This document shows positions 61,701 to 64,000 of a DNA stretch of 64,000 nucleotides, piece after piece. Below the pieces are notes generated by a model. It saw only the letters and a program-made list of their open reading frames with translations. It was not told the origin of the DNA and made no database searches. Source of the DNA: Haplodiscus bocki (lineage: Eukaryota); assembly GCA_965655095.1 (NCBI GenBank), contig OZ296648.1, positions 84,258,001 to 84,322,000 on the forward strand, in the 5' to 3' direction. Position 1 is the first letter of the stretch, and each line of letters starts with the position of its first letter. The translations under genes and the position numbers were made by a program.

Positions 61701-63374
61701 GCATTCAAATCTGATATTAATTTTCGACGATGCTGGCTATACAATTCTCATAGCATACTTCCGTGAGTCAATCAATTCGCCAAAAAACTTTAAGGAAATT
61801 CCTAAACAGCAACTAGATTCCTCCAAGTTAAAACATCATTCCACTTCAAGTAAAAGTTGTTAATTGACTGTAAGCTATTGATGGCTATCTTACAAATGCC
61901 GAGCTGATCAGTATAACTCGTCCACGCGGGCAAATCACGCGAATTCTTTGAACTCCTCGTCCTCCTTGGCTCGCGATATCACCGAAGAGCCCATTGAAAG
62001 AAACGTTTCACTACTTGTCCACTGGTTCAGTTCGTAGAGTACCTGCCAATCGACATTCGATGAAGGGCAAAAATAAGCAACACCATGAGGGTCTGAGTCG
62101 GCGGATCAAAACTTACGGCTGCTCGAATCTTCAAAAAAATTTCATACCAGCCTAGGTGTGAATTGCTTGTGATCAACCTCAAGACAGTTTGATAATCAAG
62201 GACTATAAAAACATTTTGGCGGAATAGTCTTCAACTATTCCCACGTTTTTGATGACATCGATCTGTGTCATTTCAAGTTTCAATTCCTATGAGACCAAGC
62301 ACTCTGGTGCCACTAATTCATTTGTCAATTGAAAATCGACTTCCTTAGCTCGAATTAGAAGCTATTGTTAAGATGAAAATAACTAGGTAACAACCACCTT
62401 CTGCTCTCAAGATCAGAACTGTCTCAGCCTATATTTGAAATTTGACTAAATCTGTTCAAAGTTCACTGCATTCAGATTGCTAAGTTATATTTTGAATAGG
62501 TAATATTTTCAAAAAAGAAGGGCATGTACTGCAAATATCACTCAAGGATCAGATCATGAAGCACGTTGGATAGAAATAAATTTACCAAATAACTTAACAA
62601 ATTCGTAAGTATGTTGGTGGGTTTGTTTTAGTAGGCAATAATTTAACCACGGAAGCAAAAGTAATTCATTCCAACACCAATTATTTATGTTCAAACACTA
62701 GCAGCACCATCGAAGTGCGATACCATTTTATTCGCTATCATGATTTACATATGCCAATTAGAAAAGTAAAAAGATGAAATTTGAAATGTGAAGATTATAC
62801 GAGAGATTAGTTGTTTCTTTTGAGCTAAGAGGTTACTTTTAAACCTAGCTTGGAAAAGATTGCAATAGCTATTGGAGGATTCCATTCTATTGAATTATTC
62901 AGGAAGAAAAATGCATAAAAATCCTGGAAATGGTTTCTATGAAACTCGATTCGCTAGTTATCAATTTCATCCACTGAACGCATAAAGATCACTAGGGAAA
63001 GCATAAATGGAGAAAACTCCATAATACAAGTTCGGGCCACGATGTGAGAAGAGTGAAAAGCTAAGCTTCACGTCTTAATATTGATTTTTAAGAAAGGGCT
63101 TCATATTTAAACATCGGAAGCAGCACCGCTTAATTCAAATTATTTACGATAAAAAGCCCAAAAACATACTTATGCCAAAAGGTAAAGTGGAAAAAAGCCC
63201 CATGAGACAAGTTTGTGCTAGACTCTGGGTTTATAAAATGTGTATGAATCAATGCTAACTGGGTATTGTTATGGAAACGATCTGGATTTCCGATTCTCAA
63301 GGTAGCTCCGAAATTCAAATTACGCATCGTTAAAGATCTGAAAAGTAATATTTCAATGCGATCATCGGCGAGCA

Positions 63375-63645
63375 AAAATCCTTCTTACGAATTTTCAGCA
63401 GTTGCTCTGAGGGAACGTTTGATTCTCAAATTACCGCCTGGATCTCGACCACAATTTTTACGGCTAGGCTTTAAATTGGTAGAGACTTCTTGGTAAGTTC
63501 AAAGGATTAAGTTTACATTAAAGTTTTTTCATTTTCAATCTTCTGCACTGCAAATTCCTTCTTAATCACCCTAGAGGTTGGCAATATTCTCGCATTTTCA
63601 CGAGGACACTTGTACAATACCGACGTTTAGTTTGAGGAGCCAACA
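63375..63645 (-). repeat. Candidate BEL 5' LTR (alignable part)
   Basis: Starts TGTTGGCTCC; same-orientation similarity to 33470-33733. Confidence 0.55.
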
Positions 63646-64000
63646 ATCCTATTTTCAGGTTACGCCATATGACTGCCCAATGTTTTCGCAGTGAACAACG
63701 CAAAAATGAACAAGTACCTGCCTAGATGACTACAAAATAAACAAGTACACTAGATGACTAGACTGTCCCATGACGCCAAAAAAAAGATGGAAAAACTAAG
63801 CACCAGCCGGTGTCCAATACACATTCTTTGGTATTGTGTAATAACCATGACAGCTTTTTTAATAAACTTTGTCAGAGTAACTTTAATTACTCTGATCTTA
63901 TTATTTACTTCTCCATTTAGGATATTGTAGAGCTTATTGTACTTGCTTAGTCACATTTTTCTTCAATCATGACTGTAGAATACTGAGCATTCATCTGTTC

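Larger units (their letters stand above)
33400..63645 (-). mobile_element. BEL/Pao LTR retrotransposon, decayed and split by the Polinton; left boundary uncertain
   Basis: Gag-PR-RT-RNaseH-IN relics at 56785-61700, and C-terminal remainder at ~33760-33891. Removing the Polinton and one TSD copy restores LEVGGIVWRIGDFVKKW*YKMARVMKVYLGNDEVVR in frame. Candidate LTRs start TGTTGG at 63645 and 33733. Confidence 0.8.

Noticed and set aside
63130-63600. MULE transposase relic (FLLADDRIEILLF)
   Set aside because: No DGTF/DDE motifs. The segment starts TGTTGG and matches the sequence after the BEL PPT, so it is better explained as an LTR.

Overview
AT-rich eukaryotic (metazoan-like, probably invertebrate) genomic DNA dominated by decayed, nested mobile elements. 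Nearly all recognisable coding information is on the - strand. (1) 1-11.8 kb: intergenic-like DNA with a MITE-like element, a SINE-like head, two CRE/CCAAT/TATA motif clusters, a small secreted-looking ORF and unassigned coding relics. (2) 11837-26123: a full-length 14.3-kb Ty3/Gypsy element with LTRs, PBS, PPT, near-perfect TSD, gag-pol, about 4.7 kb of extra ORF relics and an F-type env. (3) 28625-29263: the intact last exon of a host LRRC40-like gene, the only clearly intact host coding sequence. (4) ~29850-32720: a Penelope-like element whose RT carries an inserted PHD-like finger. (5) ~33400-63645: a BEL/Pao retrotransposon split in-frame by (6) a complete 22.9-kb Polinton/Maverick at 33892-56778, with AGTAGT...ACTACT termini and a perfect 6-bp TSD (ATTACC). 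The Polinton has pPolB, protease, major and minor capsid, integrase and packaging ATPase. Its unusual cargo is an EGFR-ligand-type EGF gene, an LxCxE ORF, candidate spliceosomal introns (one inside pPolB), a ~196-bp terminal hairpin and a 5.8-kb 27-bp minisatellite whose consensus is open in all six frames. All assignments come from manual motif reading; no database search was run.
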